A stretch of 64,000 nucleotides of DNA from Camelus dromedarius. Taxonomy: Eukaryota. How positions within the stretch are numbered: the first letter of the stretch is position 1; every line of letters starts with the position of its first letter. Both the position numbers and the translations under genes were made by a program. This document shows, one piece after another, positions 37,010 to 51,000 of the stretch. The stretch is from contig NC_087446.1 in assembly GCF_036321535.1 (NCBI RefSeq), forward strand, positions 61,194,001-61,258,000. The letters are read 5' to 3'. The notes beneath the pieces are model-generated. The model was not told where the DNA came from and made no database searches. It worked only from the letters and a program-made list of their open reading frames with translations.

Positions 37010-37552
37010 TGCAGAAAGGAGTTCACACAGCAGAGCTACGACTGCCGTCCTTAGAAAGGCCTGCTCGCAAGGTTGGCTCTTGGCTGGCATCTGGGGACCT
37101 GGATTTCAGAATTGTTCCCACCATTCCCTAACGGATAACAGTGGTTCACCATGCCTGAACTGTTTTACAACGTGTTTTATGCTGAACACCTCCTTTCCTT
37201 CTGGGAGTCTGGAATTTTGGTGCATGCCAGAGAATAACCTGGGTGACCAGCAACCCAACAGAAACCTTAAGCATTGAGTCTCTAATGAGATTTCCGGTAG
37301 ACAGCACTTCACATGTGTTGTCACAACTATCTGCTGAAGGAATTAAGGTCATCCTTAGTGATTCCATTGGGAGAGGACTCTTGGAAGTTTGCACCTGGTT
37401 TCCTTTGTACTTCACCCCTCCCTTTGCTGACTTTTTCACTTTGTATCATTTCATTTTAATAAATCACAGCCATGAAAAAGCTACTGTTGAGTCCTGTCAA
37501 TGTCTATAGCCAACCATCAAAACTGGGAGTGATCTTGGGGACTCTGAATACA
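37010..37552 (+). mobile_element. Solo LTR, MER21-like
   Basis: TG...CA ends; CCTTAGAAAGGCCTGCTCGCAAGGTTGGC; TTTATGCTGAACACC...CTGGGAGTCTGGAATTTTGG; AATAAATCACAGCC; GATCTTGGGGAC. Confidence 0.8.
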
Positions 37553-38594
37553 ATGACGATACTATATCTCTCCTATTGCTAATTTCAAGTTTTGTATATT
37601 GTCATAAAGAGATGATTTTTTGTTATGTTATGTTATGTTATTTTTGACATATGAATGGATATATGAATTGGTCTATTCTTTGGTATATTGTCATTCTGTC
37701 CTGTAAACATGAACTCATAGTGCTTATTTTTATTTCTTTTGTATATTGCATTGAGTACCTGATAAATGTGAGAAAATTTGGGGAGTATGTTGTGTAATGA
37801 GCATTTCATAAAATATACTTATCAATCTAAAACAATGGATTGAGATTGACTATCAGTTTGAGCTGTATAAAATTTTTGTGCATAGCATAAACACTAACAG
37901 AAGAAATGATAAAACTGCTATAATTGATTTTTCATTTGCTTTATTTCAAATTTGTATATGTCGTATCCTGTCAAGTCAAATGACAAAAAGCACTAGTGCA
38001 GGACTGGGAGAAAGTTGTTTGCAGTTACAGAAATTTATCTGTACTTACCTCAGCAGTATTTTACTTAGTAACAGAGGCTCTCTAAATTTGAAAGATGTCT
38101 CAAAGAGATTCTTTTGAATTAGAAAACTGTTGCTGTTTTTCATTTGGACAGAGGGCGGGATCCTCTCACCCACTGATTGTTCATATGTCTGAGGTTTTTT
38201 CCTGCACTGAACTTGGGGCTGAAAATCTACCTGGTTTCTCTCTCTATGGGATCACCTTTCATTTGAGGTCAGTAAAAGGCACGCGGGGAGAGCCCCTGAT
38301 CATTAAGAAGCAGCGACTGCATTCGCTTTGACAAAGGACAGGGATAAAATGTTACTCAGGGAGATCACCTTCAGGTAGTGCGCTGCCCAGTGCTGGTCAC
38401 CCCGGCTGGACTAACCAGAGCCCTGCCAGCCCTGCACAAGCTGAGTCTTCATGTCCGCTGCAGGCACTCAGCGCATCCACTCAGCGTCCACCTGGCGTAC
38501 AAAGGGTTTGAACGAATGGGTTTGAGTAGTTGTAGAAATCAAGAAAGGAGCTGATCAACACGCTAGCTGCACTAACAGGATGGAGGCTATTAGG

Positions 38595-38880
38595 GGTGGA
38601 CTGGTCTTCAAACTCTTCTTTCTATTTGCTGTTCCTTTGTTTGGAATGTTCTCCTCCCTTATAAACAAATGTTTTATTTTTCTCACAGTCAGTTCTTGGC
38701 AGATACAGCCACTCCTCGGAGAGACGTCTCACCACTTCAACAGATGAAGCTACCAGACTTTAATGAGGGACTAAATGCTATTTTAAAATTCACCTATACA
38801 CCTATAAACCATTTCCCGTATCTCCTATATTAAATATTTTTCTGTATTTACGTATCTTAATGCTTGTTTTGCCATTGGCC
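38595..38880 (+). mobile_element. L2 fragment
   Basis: TTTGCTGTTCCTTTGTTTGGAATGTTCTCC...CACTCCTCGGAGAGACGTCT. Confidence 0.5.
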
Positions 38881-39254
38881 TGGTAGTGAGAAAAGTTCTT
38901 GAATTTTGCTTTTAGGAGAAGGTAGTTATTTTTGTATTTCCTCAACTCTTTCCATTTCTATCTCCATTCAATCACAGATTGTGCCAACCTGGCATAACCA
39001 CAGCTGGTTAAAAAGGATGACCATGCTATTTGTAAGGGGGTGGGGTGGGATGGGGGCAAACTGGCATCTTACCAAAACCTTTTAATAAAAATCAAAGGGT
39101 TTGAAAGCAGCCGTTCTAATTCGCCGTGCCTAAGGACAGACACACCAGGCACTTCCTTCATGTTCGTAGGTTACATCACTCTCAACCAGAAGAGACATTC
39201 TAACTTGTTTAAGGCTGGCACAATAACTGCATAATAATAAAAGTAACATTTCTG

Positions 39255-39457
39255 TATGATCTCCAGGTCCATCCATGTTGCTGCAAATGGCATTATTTGT
39301 ATTCTTTTTTATGGCTGAGGAATATATATATATATATACACCACAACTTTTTTATCCAGTCATCTGTCAGTGGACATTTAGGCTGTTTCCATGTCTTGGC
39401 TACTGTAAATAGTGCTGCTATGAACACTGGGGTGCACGTATCTTTTCGAATTAGAGC
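39255..39457 (-). mobile_element. L1 ORF2 3' fragment with internal (TA)n
   Basis: TCCAGGTCCATCCATGTTGCTGCAAATGGC...GTGGACATTTAGGCTGTTTCCATGTCTTGGCTACTGTAAATAGTGCTGCTATGAACA. Confidence 0.88.
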
Positions 39458-40229
39458 CAGTAGATAGTAGATAGTAAGCCAGGTATAGTAGATAGTAATT
39501 TTTTTTTAATTTACTTACATTAAATTGTTTTCTAAGTTCATTTAGTATCTATGAGATGCCGCCATCACTACATTGGTATGATATTAATATTTATCACAGA
39601 AGACAAGACTTTAAATAGGATTTTTAATCTACTGGGTTCCCTTCTCTTCCTACCTAAACCACACAGAAAACAAAAACACAGCACACATGCTGGGTTAAAG
39701 GCCATCTAGAGATGTGTATATGATCTTCATTCACCTTAACTCTTCTCTTTAAAAGTGACTTGGTTTATGAGTAACGACTAGTTTTAAGTAACCAAAATTC
39801 CTGAATAAAGGTGCGAGATCCACCGACCCCAGCAGCACTGCCACTGTCTACCACAGCATTTGACCGTGTGTGTAGTGGAGGGACAGAGGTCCCTGTGTGT
39901 GGGGGTGTGTGTTTTGAATCCAAGGGACACAGTGCCAAGAGAATGTGCTCCTAGGATTCTTTGTGTACATTTTACATAAGTTCTAGTGTGCAATGAACAC
40001 TCCCTAGTAGTCACAATTAGTATTCTCTGCTTATTCCAGAGAACAGCCGTCACAGAGCACTAATAACTGGTATTTAAAGGAGAGCTCCCTTGGCTGATAC
40101 TCTCGGTTATAAGGTTGTGCATCTATTTTTTCCTACTTCCTCTTCTGTGAGAACACGGATTCCTTGCAGGAATCTGCTTTTCGCTGCACAGCCATGTGTT
40201 CAGAGACTTAAACTCCATGTTGAGGTGGG

Positions 40230-40560
40230 AGTCACTCCTGATTTCCTAAGGGAGCCAGTTGTGGCCATCCATCCCCTCTCCGCTGAATGTGTTAGGGCTG
40301 GGCTGACGGCACAGCTCTGGCCAGGGGGACACGGGGGAAGATCGACTAGCAATTTCGGGGGAAGCTCTCCTTTGCTTAAAAAGAATTACCAAGAAATCAC
40401 TCACTGTCGTCTCACTTGCGTATGTAGCCTTGAAGCAGAACAGCCCTCTTGTGAACCTGAAGAGAGCTGGCCTGAGGGAACAGCTGACACGCAGAAGCTA
40501 GCATTTCCAAGAGCATCGCGGTGAGGTGGACCTGGAGCCCTAATGATGCCATTCTACCGT
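40230..40560 (+). mobile_element. MaLR LTR remnant (MLT1J-like)
   Basis: CAGCTCTGGCCAG...GGGGGAAGCTCTCCTTTGCTTAAAAAG...CAGCCCTCTTGTGAACCTGA. Confidence 0.5.
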
Positions 40561-42439
40561 CACCCTCTATTTAACATTTTTATTAAATGAGGTAATCGTT
40601 CAGTTGGTGTGGAAGACGTCTATGAGTGTTTACGCTGGAAGCATCCCAGCAGATAAACCTGCAGTAGAATAGATTCTTTTTTTTTTTCTTTCTTAAATAC
40701 TGTGGTATCATGAAAGGTAGGTTTGGAAATACCAAGAGTTACAACAAAAAAGTTTGGTTCAATCACATGTCTAACTGAGAAGCTGTTACGGGATTTTACT
40801 TTGAAGAATTGGGTATTTTGTTTAATAGCTTGTTTTACAGGTTCCCTGAAATAAGTGGCACCCACATTTACTGCACTGCATGCATTCATAAATTAAATGA
40901 GAACTTTAAGTTGACAAGGGTCGCTTGGCGTTCTGAACTTCATGGGGGTTTAGATAAAACATATGACATTGTCTAGCTATGTCTTTATGTTTGGCTTCTT
41001 TTTAACCTCTTTATAACAAACTGCCTTTACACACACACACATTCTTACTAATTCAGAGTAAAAGTTTTTAAACTGTTAGGAATGGTCTTCGAAGTCTCAC
41101 TGTTTATAATTAATTGTGGGACATATATGTTCTAGCCTATGCAGCATTGCTATTAATCTAGGAGACAATGTTATCCGGAAAAAGCTACATTAAGACTTTG
41201 TATGTCTTTTGACATCATCTAGAACCTCCATGAGCGGATCTAGCTGTGAGTGTTCACCAGGCAAAGCTAGAATGCATGAACGAACAAATGAATAAGACCT
41301 ATTATTGTTCACATAAATGGCGTATGCTATTCTGATCTTTTTCAATGAGGAATCAACAAGTTCCAAAAAGTATGTATACACTCCTTGCAGCAACAGTGCT
41401 TGCGATGAAGACCCACAGAAGGAGGAGTAACTGGACGTGGGGGCAGTAACACTTGTTTTCAGAAGCAGACTCACCACAATACTTAAGGAAAAGAGGAAGG
41501 TATCTGCACTGTATCTCGATTTTAAAGGATTTTTTAAAAAGCCTAAACAGAATATCTAAACTATATAAAAAAACGAAGGAGTAGCTGTAAATCCTTAGCA
41601 ACGTAAGCTTAGATTTCATTTGGGAAGTACATTAATCACTTGATACAGAAAAGGAAGAAATTAGACAAATAACAAAAGGAAGCTTAAGGCCACTCAAATA
41701 GAAGCCAACTGCGGACTTTTGGAGAAGACATGGAAACGCAAGAGAAAAGTTATAAAACAGCTGAGGGAATTAAACCCAGAGAAGGGAGAAGACGGGAAAA
41801 TGCGTAGCGCCCAAGATACTTAGTAGCTATGAGAGTCAAACCTTAGAAAATTAAGATTTTTATGGAAAAATATGGAAAAGGAAGGAGTGTCTCTGAGCAC
41901 GATAGATGCTGAGCAGGTAATTAAATCAATGTGTTAAAATATAAGGGACAGAGAAGATTTAGTGAAAAGTAGCATCAGGGAAATAAATCCACTTCTCCAA
42001 AACAGACAGACACGTTTTTCACAGATTGACGAATTTGACAAAAATTCTGAAGGTTTACAGGAACAAATTAGATTACTGAAAGCTTTTTAAAGAAAACCTA
42101 GAATAAGAAGCTATAATCCCCCAGCATGTTTATTAACTAAAGCTAAATTCATTATTTCTGTACATTTATGTCAAAGAAATACAGACAGTAGAACATCAAT
42201 CTTTTTCAAGATATTTTACCATATTTCTAATGAAATTCTAACACAACATGGAAAGTCTGGGTTGGATTTAGGACTGCTAGGTGTTTTAGGAGAATGCTGA
42301 TGGTTACTGTTAACTCGGCTCATGGGAAGTGCTCTAGTGGTCTGCCAGTTAACATCGGCAGGCCCCACCCACGTAAACACTTTTATACAGAGGACTTGAG
42401 ATTACCAACCAACCAAACAAACAAAAACACCTACAGTCT

Positions 42440-42945
42440 CAGAGCTTATATATATTTGTATATATTTAAGATGTACAGCATGATGTTTCAAAATATGTAT
42501 AAACTGTGAAATGATTACCACAGTCAAGCTAATTAAACCATCACCTCACGTAATTACCTTTTGCTTATGTGTGTGTGCGTGCATGTGCAGTGAGAACACT
42601 TGAGATCTACTGTCTTAGCAACTTTCAAGTATACAGTATCTTATTACTAACTATAGTCACCACGTGATACATTAGATCTCCGGAAGTATTCATCTCGTAA
42701 CGGAAAATTCGTACCCAACAGTGTAAAAAGGTTCTCTCTCTTTTTTTTTTTTTCATATTTTCACTAGCATTTATTATCTCTTGTCTTTTGATAATAAACA
42801 TTCTGACAGGTGTGAGATAATATCTCACTGTGGTTTTGATGTGAATTTCCTTGATAACTAGTGGTGCTGAGCACCGTTGCATATACTTGTTGGCTGCACT
42901 GTACGTCTTCTTTAGAGAGAAGTCTATTCAAGTCCGTTGCCCATC
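42440..42945 (-). mobile_element. Internally deleted L1 (3' UTR joined to an ORF2 fragment)
   Basis: TGTGAAATGATTACCACAGTCAAGCTAATTAA...AGATCTAC...CTTAGCAACTTTCAAGTATACA joined to CATTCTGACAGGTGTGAGATAATATCTCACTGTGGTTTTGAT. Confidence 0.85.
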
Positions 42946-44084
42946 AGAGCTTCTAACTGAGGTAACATCTATTTTTCACAAGAGGACATTTGGCAATGTT
43001 AGAGAATACGTCTGTTCTCACTGGAGTTCGGAGCACTATTAGTATTTGGTTTACAGCGTCAGAGATGTTAAGCCTCCTGCCATGTGCAAAATCCATACCA
43101 CAAAAATTTGTCCAACCCCATATTCCATTAAGCTCCCATTGAAATACTCCGGGCTGGATAAATAGAAGTGGATTATCTGAAGAGGAGAGTTCTTTCACAC
43201 TTGATACAATGTTATAGGAGGAACAGTTGGGACAAAAAAGTATATATTTATTTTGGATAAAGATGATTCAGGAAAAATATAATAGCTTCCTCTCATTACT
43301 TGAAAAACTTTCGATTGAGAGAGTTATTAGACAGGACAGAAGTCACAGAAGGTTGAATTTTCTACAGGAAGGATATTCTTAATTCTTTGAAAGTTAATTA
43401 TTTGCCCTTAAGCTCTTCAAGCAGAGGATATGTGATCATATATTAAGAATACTATAGAGGGACTTAAAGGACTGAGGGTTGATTTGACATTTACAGTTTT
43501 TTTCAATCCTAAGATTTTTCAAATAGCATATTTAATATGTCTTACTAACAAAAGCTACAATTTAAAATATGTTAAGTTACAAATTTCTTATATGACTAAT
43601 TTTGATCTAGTTCTGAAATAATTTTTAAGTTTAATTGCTATAGTGCCTACTGGAGATGCACACATTTCTTTAAAAATAATGTACATTACTTATGAGAAAT
43701 TGTTTCCCACAATAAATATGCAGTCTGTACAGTCATCGTTAGGCTCAGTGCTATATCAACTGTTCTACCTTCTGTTGATTTTTCTATTTTAGTATTAACA
43801 GTTATCATCTGTGACGTGTTTATTATAATTTCATTTATAGCATTTTAAAAAAGAACATGATTATGAAAAAACGCTAGAAAAGTATAGAATTTTAAAAAGA
43901 TGCAGGTGAATTCTTAGATTCAGGAACGCACACAATTCATTCTTGTTTAAGGAAATGGGAACTGACTCCATTAACTGCTTATCAAAAATTAGACGTTGAG
44001 CACTCTGCAGGGAAGGCGGTGAGGGGGGGTCACTATCAGAAATTGTATAGAGGATGACTGATTTCTCATTTTAAATGGAGAAAT

Positions 44085-44220
44085 AAATAAATGGCAGTGT
44101 GGTTTAGTTAAGTAGAGAACAAAAGGTTATTCGTCTACAATCTTGGGCATATCTCTGAACATCTCCAGCTATCATGCTGTCAGCTCAGTGGTCATGAAGA
44201 TATTACCTTCAAAGAGAGGC
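44085..44220 (+). mobile_element. MIR SINE
   Basis: CAGTGTGGTTTAG...ATCTTGGGCATATCTCTGAACATCTC. Confidence 0.45.
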
Positions 44221-46384
44221 AGGTTCTCACATCTGAAAGAATCTCAGAAAAAGCAAGTGTTCTTATTTGTCAGAGTTCGGTTCATCTGATTGAATGATTT
44301 TTGAAAATCACTAGGTTAAGTGATTTTTTAAAGCTTTCTTTATAAAGTTTGACAATCCTATGCCTTGGTAATAACTCGTTCTGGAATTCATTTATTCAGT
44401 CAACAAATAGTAGATAGTACTGTTTACATGCCAGACATTTAAAATTCTTCCTTAGTTTCTGGGGGTAAAAAGACCTTACCTCACCCCCAAAGCGAAGGAG
44501 GGGGCTGGCCATACTCTAAAGGAAGTGTACTGGAAATATAAGTTCAAATAAGGACTGAATACAAAATACACCCTTTTGTGGTTCTGTGCTCATTCATTCA
44601 TTTAAAAGAATGACAGTGGTCATCAGATCATTCTGGTATTTACATTCCATTGCTGCTTCTGAAAGAAGTCACTATTTCTATCCTTTTCTTGCACAATAAT
44701 TTGTAGCAGAGAGAAAATTCTAAGAAAACCTCCAGAAATGTCTGAGTTATGGGGATGACTGCTTGATGGTGAATGTGTTGGATGGACGTTTTGCAAGGTC
44801 AGTGGTAAATTTTCAGCACACACAGAAATAATACATAAGCAAAGATGCAGCTTTGCAAAATGTTATAAACCCTTACATCCAATTCACAATGTCATACTAT
44901 GTACACACAATAATAAAGGAAATGTCACTATGAATTTATCTTCAGACATTCCATTTGGATATTTGAAGTAGAATGGAACAACTCAGTGAGAAAGCCTTCC
45001 AAGGTATGAAGAGGGAGGCTGCTCAGCCATCCACAGCATTCTGCCTTAAGATACCCAATTTGCGGAATCTCCCCCCAAAATTAAGGCCAGAGCAACTTTG
45101 ACTCCAGAGTTAGCCACAATCCATAAAAAGCAGTGAAGTAGATTGGTAAACCTTTATGTGTTTAGCTTGAGTCAGTTTATATTAGAGAACAAATTCAGCC
45201 AGAGTTTAAGTGTACCACCATCCTGTACGGTGGTCGTCTGCTGAGGGCCCAGAGAAGGAAAGAAAGAAGCACCCTAAGAGGATACAGTGAGCAGGGCTGG
45301 TAAGATCAGACGCAACTTGCCCAAGCCCCATCTTCAGAATGACCAACTTCAGAATTTCTCTTGGAGTAAATATTGGAACAATACCCTGACACCATGCAGG
45401 TGCTCTGAATTTGTGTGTCGAGGCTGGTTACCAAGGGAACAAACAGAGAAATGCTTGAAAATATATAGCCCTACCAAGTGTTTCCAAGTGTTGGGCACTC
45501 TGGCATTGTTATTTCCAAACACTTAGGCATCAGGCAGTTTCTTCTGTTTCTTGCTAAGAATGTGTACTGTTCACTCGAAATGGTTACTGTTTAACTTGAA
45601 TACCAAATGCCAGATGTTACACATTGATATACTCATGGTATGTGCAACTTATGCTTCAAATAAAACTCTGTGTTAATTTTTGTCATCATGATTGTTAGTT
45701 AAAAAGAAATATAAAATAATTTATGTTAGCCAAACAAAAGTAAAGGAAGTAGAAGGAAGGTTTGAATAAATAGGTTCAGACACAACAGAGTTTAAGGTAA
45801 ATCATTATTTTCTACATCTTTATAGCACAGAGTACTAGTGAGAGAATCACAAATGTATTGAGATTTTACACGTTCCATTACAAATAATAAAGAATGCCTT
45901 TGTACATCCCTCAAGTTGAACTTCAGGAATAAATGTATCAACCCCATTATGTGACAAGCTGGAGACCTACTGTCAGACACTGAGAGGACACAAATGTTTC
46001 TAACCCAGGAAAAGAAAAATGAAACGAAATCCTATCCACCGATTATTCAGCAATGAACATTTGCGTGTCCCTGGGACTGACTCTGACTAACCCGCACTGA
46101 ATGAAGGCTGTAGAGATCAAGAAAAGTTTCAAATATTCCACCTGCAAACACAAGTACAGTTTGCAGTAATCCCTGCAGTTAAAGATCATGTTGTCAAGAT
46201 ACATGTGAATTTCTTGCAAATGGAATTAAATACTGGAAGTGCTGGGAACTAGTTTGGTTGAAAACACACTTGGTTTAATATTTAACAAGAGAATCCATGT
46301 ACAATATTATCAAATATTTAACTAATGATAATGAAGCCACTAACGAATCTGCTTCTTGACTTTTATCTTTTTAATATTTCCAAA

Positions 46385-46585
46385 TGTAGGCTTACTGTGA
46401 AGCTAATGCCCCTTAAGCTTCAGAGCCCTGTACTTGTATGGGTTCCTTGCAAGGCCCTGGGAGGGCCTAGAGATCCACTCACAAGGTCACATGCTTAGTA
46501 AAATATGAAAAGTATGATGCTTTTAGATTTTTTTCAAAGTGTTTCCTCCAAATGGTATAATATTTCAGGGACAGTAAAGCCTACA
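46385..46585. mobile_element. Short hAT-type MITE (MER91/MER96-like)
   Basis: Inverted ends TGTAGGCTTACTG (46385-46397) and CAGTAAAGCCTACA (46572-46585); internal GAAGCTAATG...TTAAGCTTCAGAGCCC...AAGGCCCTGGGAGGGCC. Confidence 0.65.
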
Positions 46586-47400
46586 TTCATTCCCAGAAAA
46601 GCCAGAATTTTTTGTCTGCAATGTAAGTAAATGTCTCAAGTTTAGACAGTTTTAGTTTCAGAAAACCTAAGTCTAGATTGTTTTGTTCTTGGAATAGCAG
46701 AGTTAAATAGTCTGTGTACTTCTTAGCTAATAAAATCTATGATTTTTAAACTAATGGGAGCCACAGAGGTAAAAAAAATTCCAGGGTGCTAATAAAAACA
46801 TAGTATTTAGTTGCTCTATGACCAAGGAGAACAACAGGCCATCTATTTCTGATTCACAAACAAATCTCATTAGAAACACAGAACAACTAGGTTTAATATC
46901 ATGCTAATATCAGTAACTACCACAATTGTAAAAACAAAAAGTTGACAAGTACTGACCTACAATAGTTCTGAAAAGACACAGTTTTCGACATTTGCATAAT
47001 TAACGTGTAAAAAGAAGACCACTGCATTATTCTATCACTCAGAAGGGAAACATCAAAAGCATACTGAATTAATGTTTTCCTCTGAATTTATCCCAAACTT
47101 ATCCAACAAAATATTTATTATTGTATCTTAAAGCCATATCTCTAGAGAGACATTTATTTCTATTTATTTAAAACAACTGTCTATCTTTTTTAGCAACTGG
47201 ATATTTTTTCTTAGTCTAATAATTGTGGAGAAACAATGGAACTTAAGTGAAATTTGTAATTTCCTAATTCCCTAATTATGACCAGAGGTATTCAGAAAAA
47301 TACTTACAAATATGAAGTGAATTTTACTCAGTGAATAAGAAAAAAGAGTACTATTTTAATGTTTCTAAGAACACAATCTCATATGAAAAGTGGAGCCCTA

Positions 47401-47430
47401 CAGATAGATAGGTAGGTAGGTAGGTAGATA
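47401..47430. repeat. (TAGA)/(TAGG) tetranucleotide microsatellite
   Basis: CAGATAGATAGGTAGGTAGGTAGGTAGATA. Confidence 0.8.
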
Positions 47431-48616
47431 ATTAAACAGCTAGATTTTAAGTTATGTACTCTACTAGATACTTCTTCCAACTTTATCATAAATAGTACAA
47501 CAAGATGCTTGCTTAGTTTTACCATTTTGAAGAAAGATAAAGTTTCTAAGTTATTTTCTTGTCATTATATTCACAGCTAGTAATTATCACCCAATGGATT
47601 AAAATATATCTAGTTTCAGAAAATAGACAAGTCCTTCCTTAAATAGAAAAAATAATTTATTCAAAAGTCATGATAAAACTGATTAACCCAAATTTATATC
47701 AAATTACACAATAACGTTGACAGCCTTAAAAATGGCAACAAGGCTCAAAAACAAAAACGTACTCGTTAAAATAATGTGCTATCCTAAAGCAGTCTAACAA
47801 ATGGAGATGTGTTTATTTTTCAGAAATAGATGCCCAAGAACCAGTGAACTGTGAAGTACAGAGCTGTGGATACGTGGCATCTGATGGAAAGCGAAGGCTG
47901 TATGTAATGCATCACACAGCACGTCCACTCTGATACCATGTTTTAAAAAATAAGGAAACTTTGATGGTCAAATCTCAGATCAACTTTGTAAAAAACTGAC
48001 GTAGGATGATCATAGCATCTCTGTAACTCAGAGTGCTCAGTCTATGGTCTGCAGACCACTTCACAGGCTCTTCCAAGGATCAAACAAGGTAATGGCAGAA
48101 GGAAGAGTCTTCCAGCTATTAAAGAAATCAGCTCCATTTCCCTCTCCTGCACAAGATCACCTCTGCTTACACCCTTTTCGTTTATACAGCTCCATCTGCC
48201 CTTTACCTACTCCAGACCTAGAGAGAAGCAGTTACTAATCTGGTTGTCAGAGTCTGAGAACAGTTCACAACACTGTGATGACATCACCTGCTTTAAAATA
48301 TGCAACCCAGGCACCTCCCACCCTCTCAGTCATGATGTGTCACTTGTATGCTCTTCTTTGGTTACTGGATTTATGCCTCCGTGTAGCCACCCAGAGTGGG
48401 GAAGGTCCCAAGATCTAGATGTGTGGGGGGGTCAGGGAACAGGAAGATACGATCTAGCGTTGACTTATTAGAACATAGAGTTAGAAAACATTTAGAAAAA
48501 TATAATTTTTATAATCAGAAAAAAAAAACTACACATTATACTGTTTTTCTGTACAGATAAAATTTTGAATCCTTGTGTTGGATGATAATTTCTCTGTTAT
48601 GTGTCTACAGCGAGTA

Positions 48617-49611
48617 CAGCTGACCTTTGAACAAAACATATTTGAATTATGCAGCTCCATTTACGTGTGGATTTTTTTCAATACATAAATTAGAAAACAT
48701 TTTTTGGAGATTATGGGATGCTTTGCAAAAGAGTGCAAGTGAACTGTGTAGCCTAGAAATACCAAAAAGTTAAGAAAAAGTTATATCACGAATGCATAAA
48801 AATATGTACATACTAGTTATTTCTTACGTAGGCATAAGGTGAATGATATTCAATATACAATTAATAGTATGTTATTTTCCTACTGGTGTATAACTGTGCT
48901 TTCAAAGAATTACAATTATGGTACAGCATGCCTCTCTTTTGTCATTCGATAAACTAACTACGTATCAGCCTATCATCACAGGTAAATGATTTTTTTAAAA
49001 AATGTAATGTTTCCAATACTGTATTATGAATATGACGCCAATACCATAGCCATAAAAGGTTTATAATATTCAGCCATTTCTGTTTAGCTACATTAAGTAG
49101 TCATATCAGTTGCACTGCGCCCCATAAAGCAGCCTTATTGCTCTGCTTCATTATCAATGCATGAGTCGTTCATTATACCCATCAATAAAGATGAATTTCT
49201 TTTTCACAGTATCTTTTCATTTCTGATGTCCCGTGTTAGCCATACATGTAACATCTACAGTGTTTTGTATAATATAAGACAGTGTTGATGCAGGTGCTGA
49301 CAGGCAATGCATCTCAGAGACAGATGACAGAAGCTTACAGTATCGGTAAGTACAGCACAGCACTGCAAAGGCATTTTCTCTTACAATTTTCTTAGTAACA
49401 TTTTCCTTTTTCTAGCTTACTTTCCTGTAATAATACAGTATGTAATACATATACAAAAACGTGTTAATCCACTGTCTACGTTATTGGTAAGGCTTCCAGT
49501 CAACAGTAGGCTATTAATAGTTCAGTTTTGGGGAAGTCAAAAATTATATGTGAATTTTCCACCAAGCGAGGGGTCGGAGGCCTTAAACCTGTGATGTTCA
49601 AGGGTCAACTG
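48617..49611. mobile_element. Non-autonomous Tigger2-family DNA transposon (about 1 kb)
   Basis: TIRs CAGCTGACCTTTGAACA and TGTTCAAGGGTCAACTG (15/17 match), TA on the left flank. Confidence 0.85.
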
Positions 49612-50079
49612 TGTTTAATAATTGATTTATTCAAATGTGTAGCATACAATAACTTTATTATGAGAGTCTAAAAGTTGTAGTAATTTCTGCTTAAATAGTA
49701 ACTTTTAAGTTTTAGAGCCTTTCTTTCAAATTACTATGTAAGTATATGTATGCATGTGTGTTTCTTGGTAGTGAACTGTCATTCATGTTAAACATTAACT
49801 AACACTAAGTATTACTTGCCTGACTTTGGGGGGAAAACTCATTGCAAGGACACCTTCATCCATGAATCCCCTAATCATTCTGCTGTCTACTTTGTCGATA
49901 TTCTTTGAAGGAAAATTAAAATAATTTTCTACTAGATTCAGATGCATGGGAGTAGGACCTCTGAGGAATGACAGTATGGCTAGAACTAACCTGGGCTGCC
50001 TTTAAGGATGCTCTTGATGAAGGTAACAATAGTAATGATACACTAACTGACAGCCTGCTTTTGCTCGTCTTAATACTAA

Positions 50080-51000
50080 ATGCGAAACCATCTTCTTATT
50101 CTGCTCTCAGCTTTCTTTAGACTTTACGATAGAAGTTCCAAACCCAAAAGTCCAAACTGAAACTCTTCCTAGCATTTGCAGCTGTATATATCACTGACAT
50201 TTCAAGATCAGTTGTCACAAATATTGTTTCATACAAATTTCTAAAATAAAATTTGCTCTGCTTCCATATTTCTGATTGTATTTAGTGGTATCACTGTCTA
50301 GCCATCATCCTAGATAACTCCTTGTGTTTTATATCTGACATCAAATTAATTAAAAAGTACGGCCAATTCTAGCTCCTAAGTAGACTTTGAAGCCATTTCT
50401 TTCTTTCGTCCTTTTTCTCCTTCCTTACTTGAAGTCCACACGGCCCGTTACAGGACACAAATAGATGGACAGAACGATCTTTCAAAAAGCTTATTATTGA
50501 CCACAGGTTTTCTTCTTAAAACTCTTAACTGACTGCCTATCAGCTGCAGAATGATAGAGTAAATACCTAAAAATGAGATACGGCCCATTCACCATGCTAC
50601 CATCTTCAACGTCACAGGTTCCCACTTTGCTTTTTACATTCTATCATGATCTATTCTTCTTCTTCTTCTTTCCTCTCCGCTAGGTTTCTACTCATATTCT
50701 GCTCTTCCTTTAAGGCCCAACTTAAACTCCACCATGTCCGTGATGGTCCATCCTTAGAGCCTGGGTCTCCTGTTTCCAACCACCAACACCATCTACTGTC
50801 AAGTATGGGAAGAAATCTCACCACCTGTTGTGTTCACTTCTTATTAAAACCATGCCTTAAAATGTACTTTCCTACCCAAATCTTGTCATCTCAAGTAAAC
50901 GGAAATCTCCCTGAAGGGCAAATGAATGAATTCTGCTGCTCTTTTTTCCTATAGCGCCAATCACAGAGCAGTATTTACACTTGGTAAGTGTTACTTGAGA
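50080..51000 (+). mobile_element. L2 LINE 3' region
   Basis: CCAAACTGAAACTCTTCC...CTGTATTTAGTGGTATCAC...GCTCTTCCTTTAAGGCCCAACTTAAAC. Confidence 0.55.

Noticed and set aside
40090-40524. 144-aa plus-strand ORF
   Set aside because: Non-ATG start, largely overlaps an MLT1-like LTR remnant, no domain resemblance.
41500-41538. LYLDFKGFF, resembling the CR1/L3 reverse transcriptase motif YLDFSKAFD
   Set aside because: A single degenerate motif with no continuing RT similarity that I could verify; a Dfam search would be needed.
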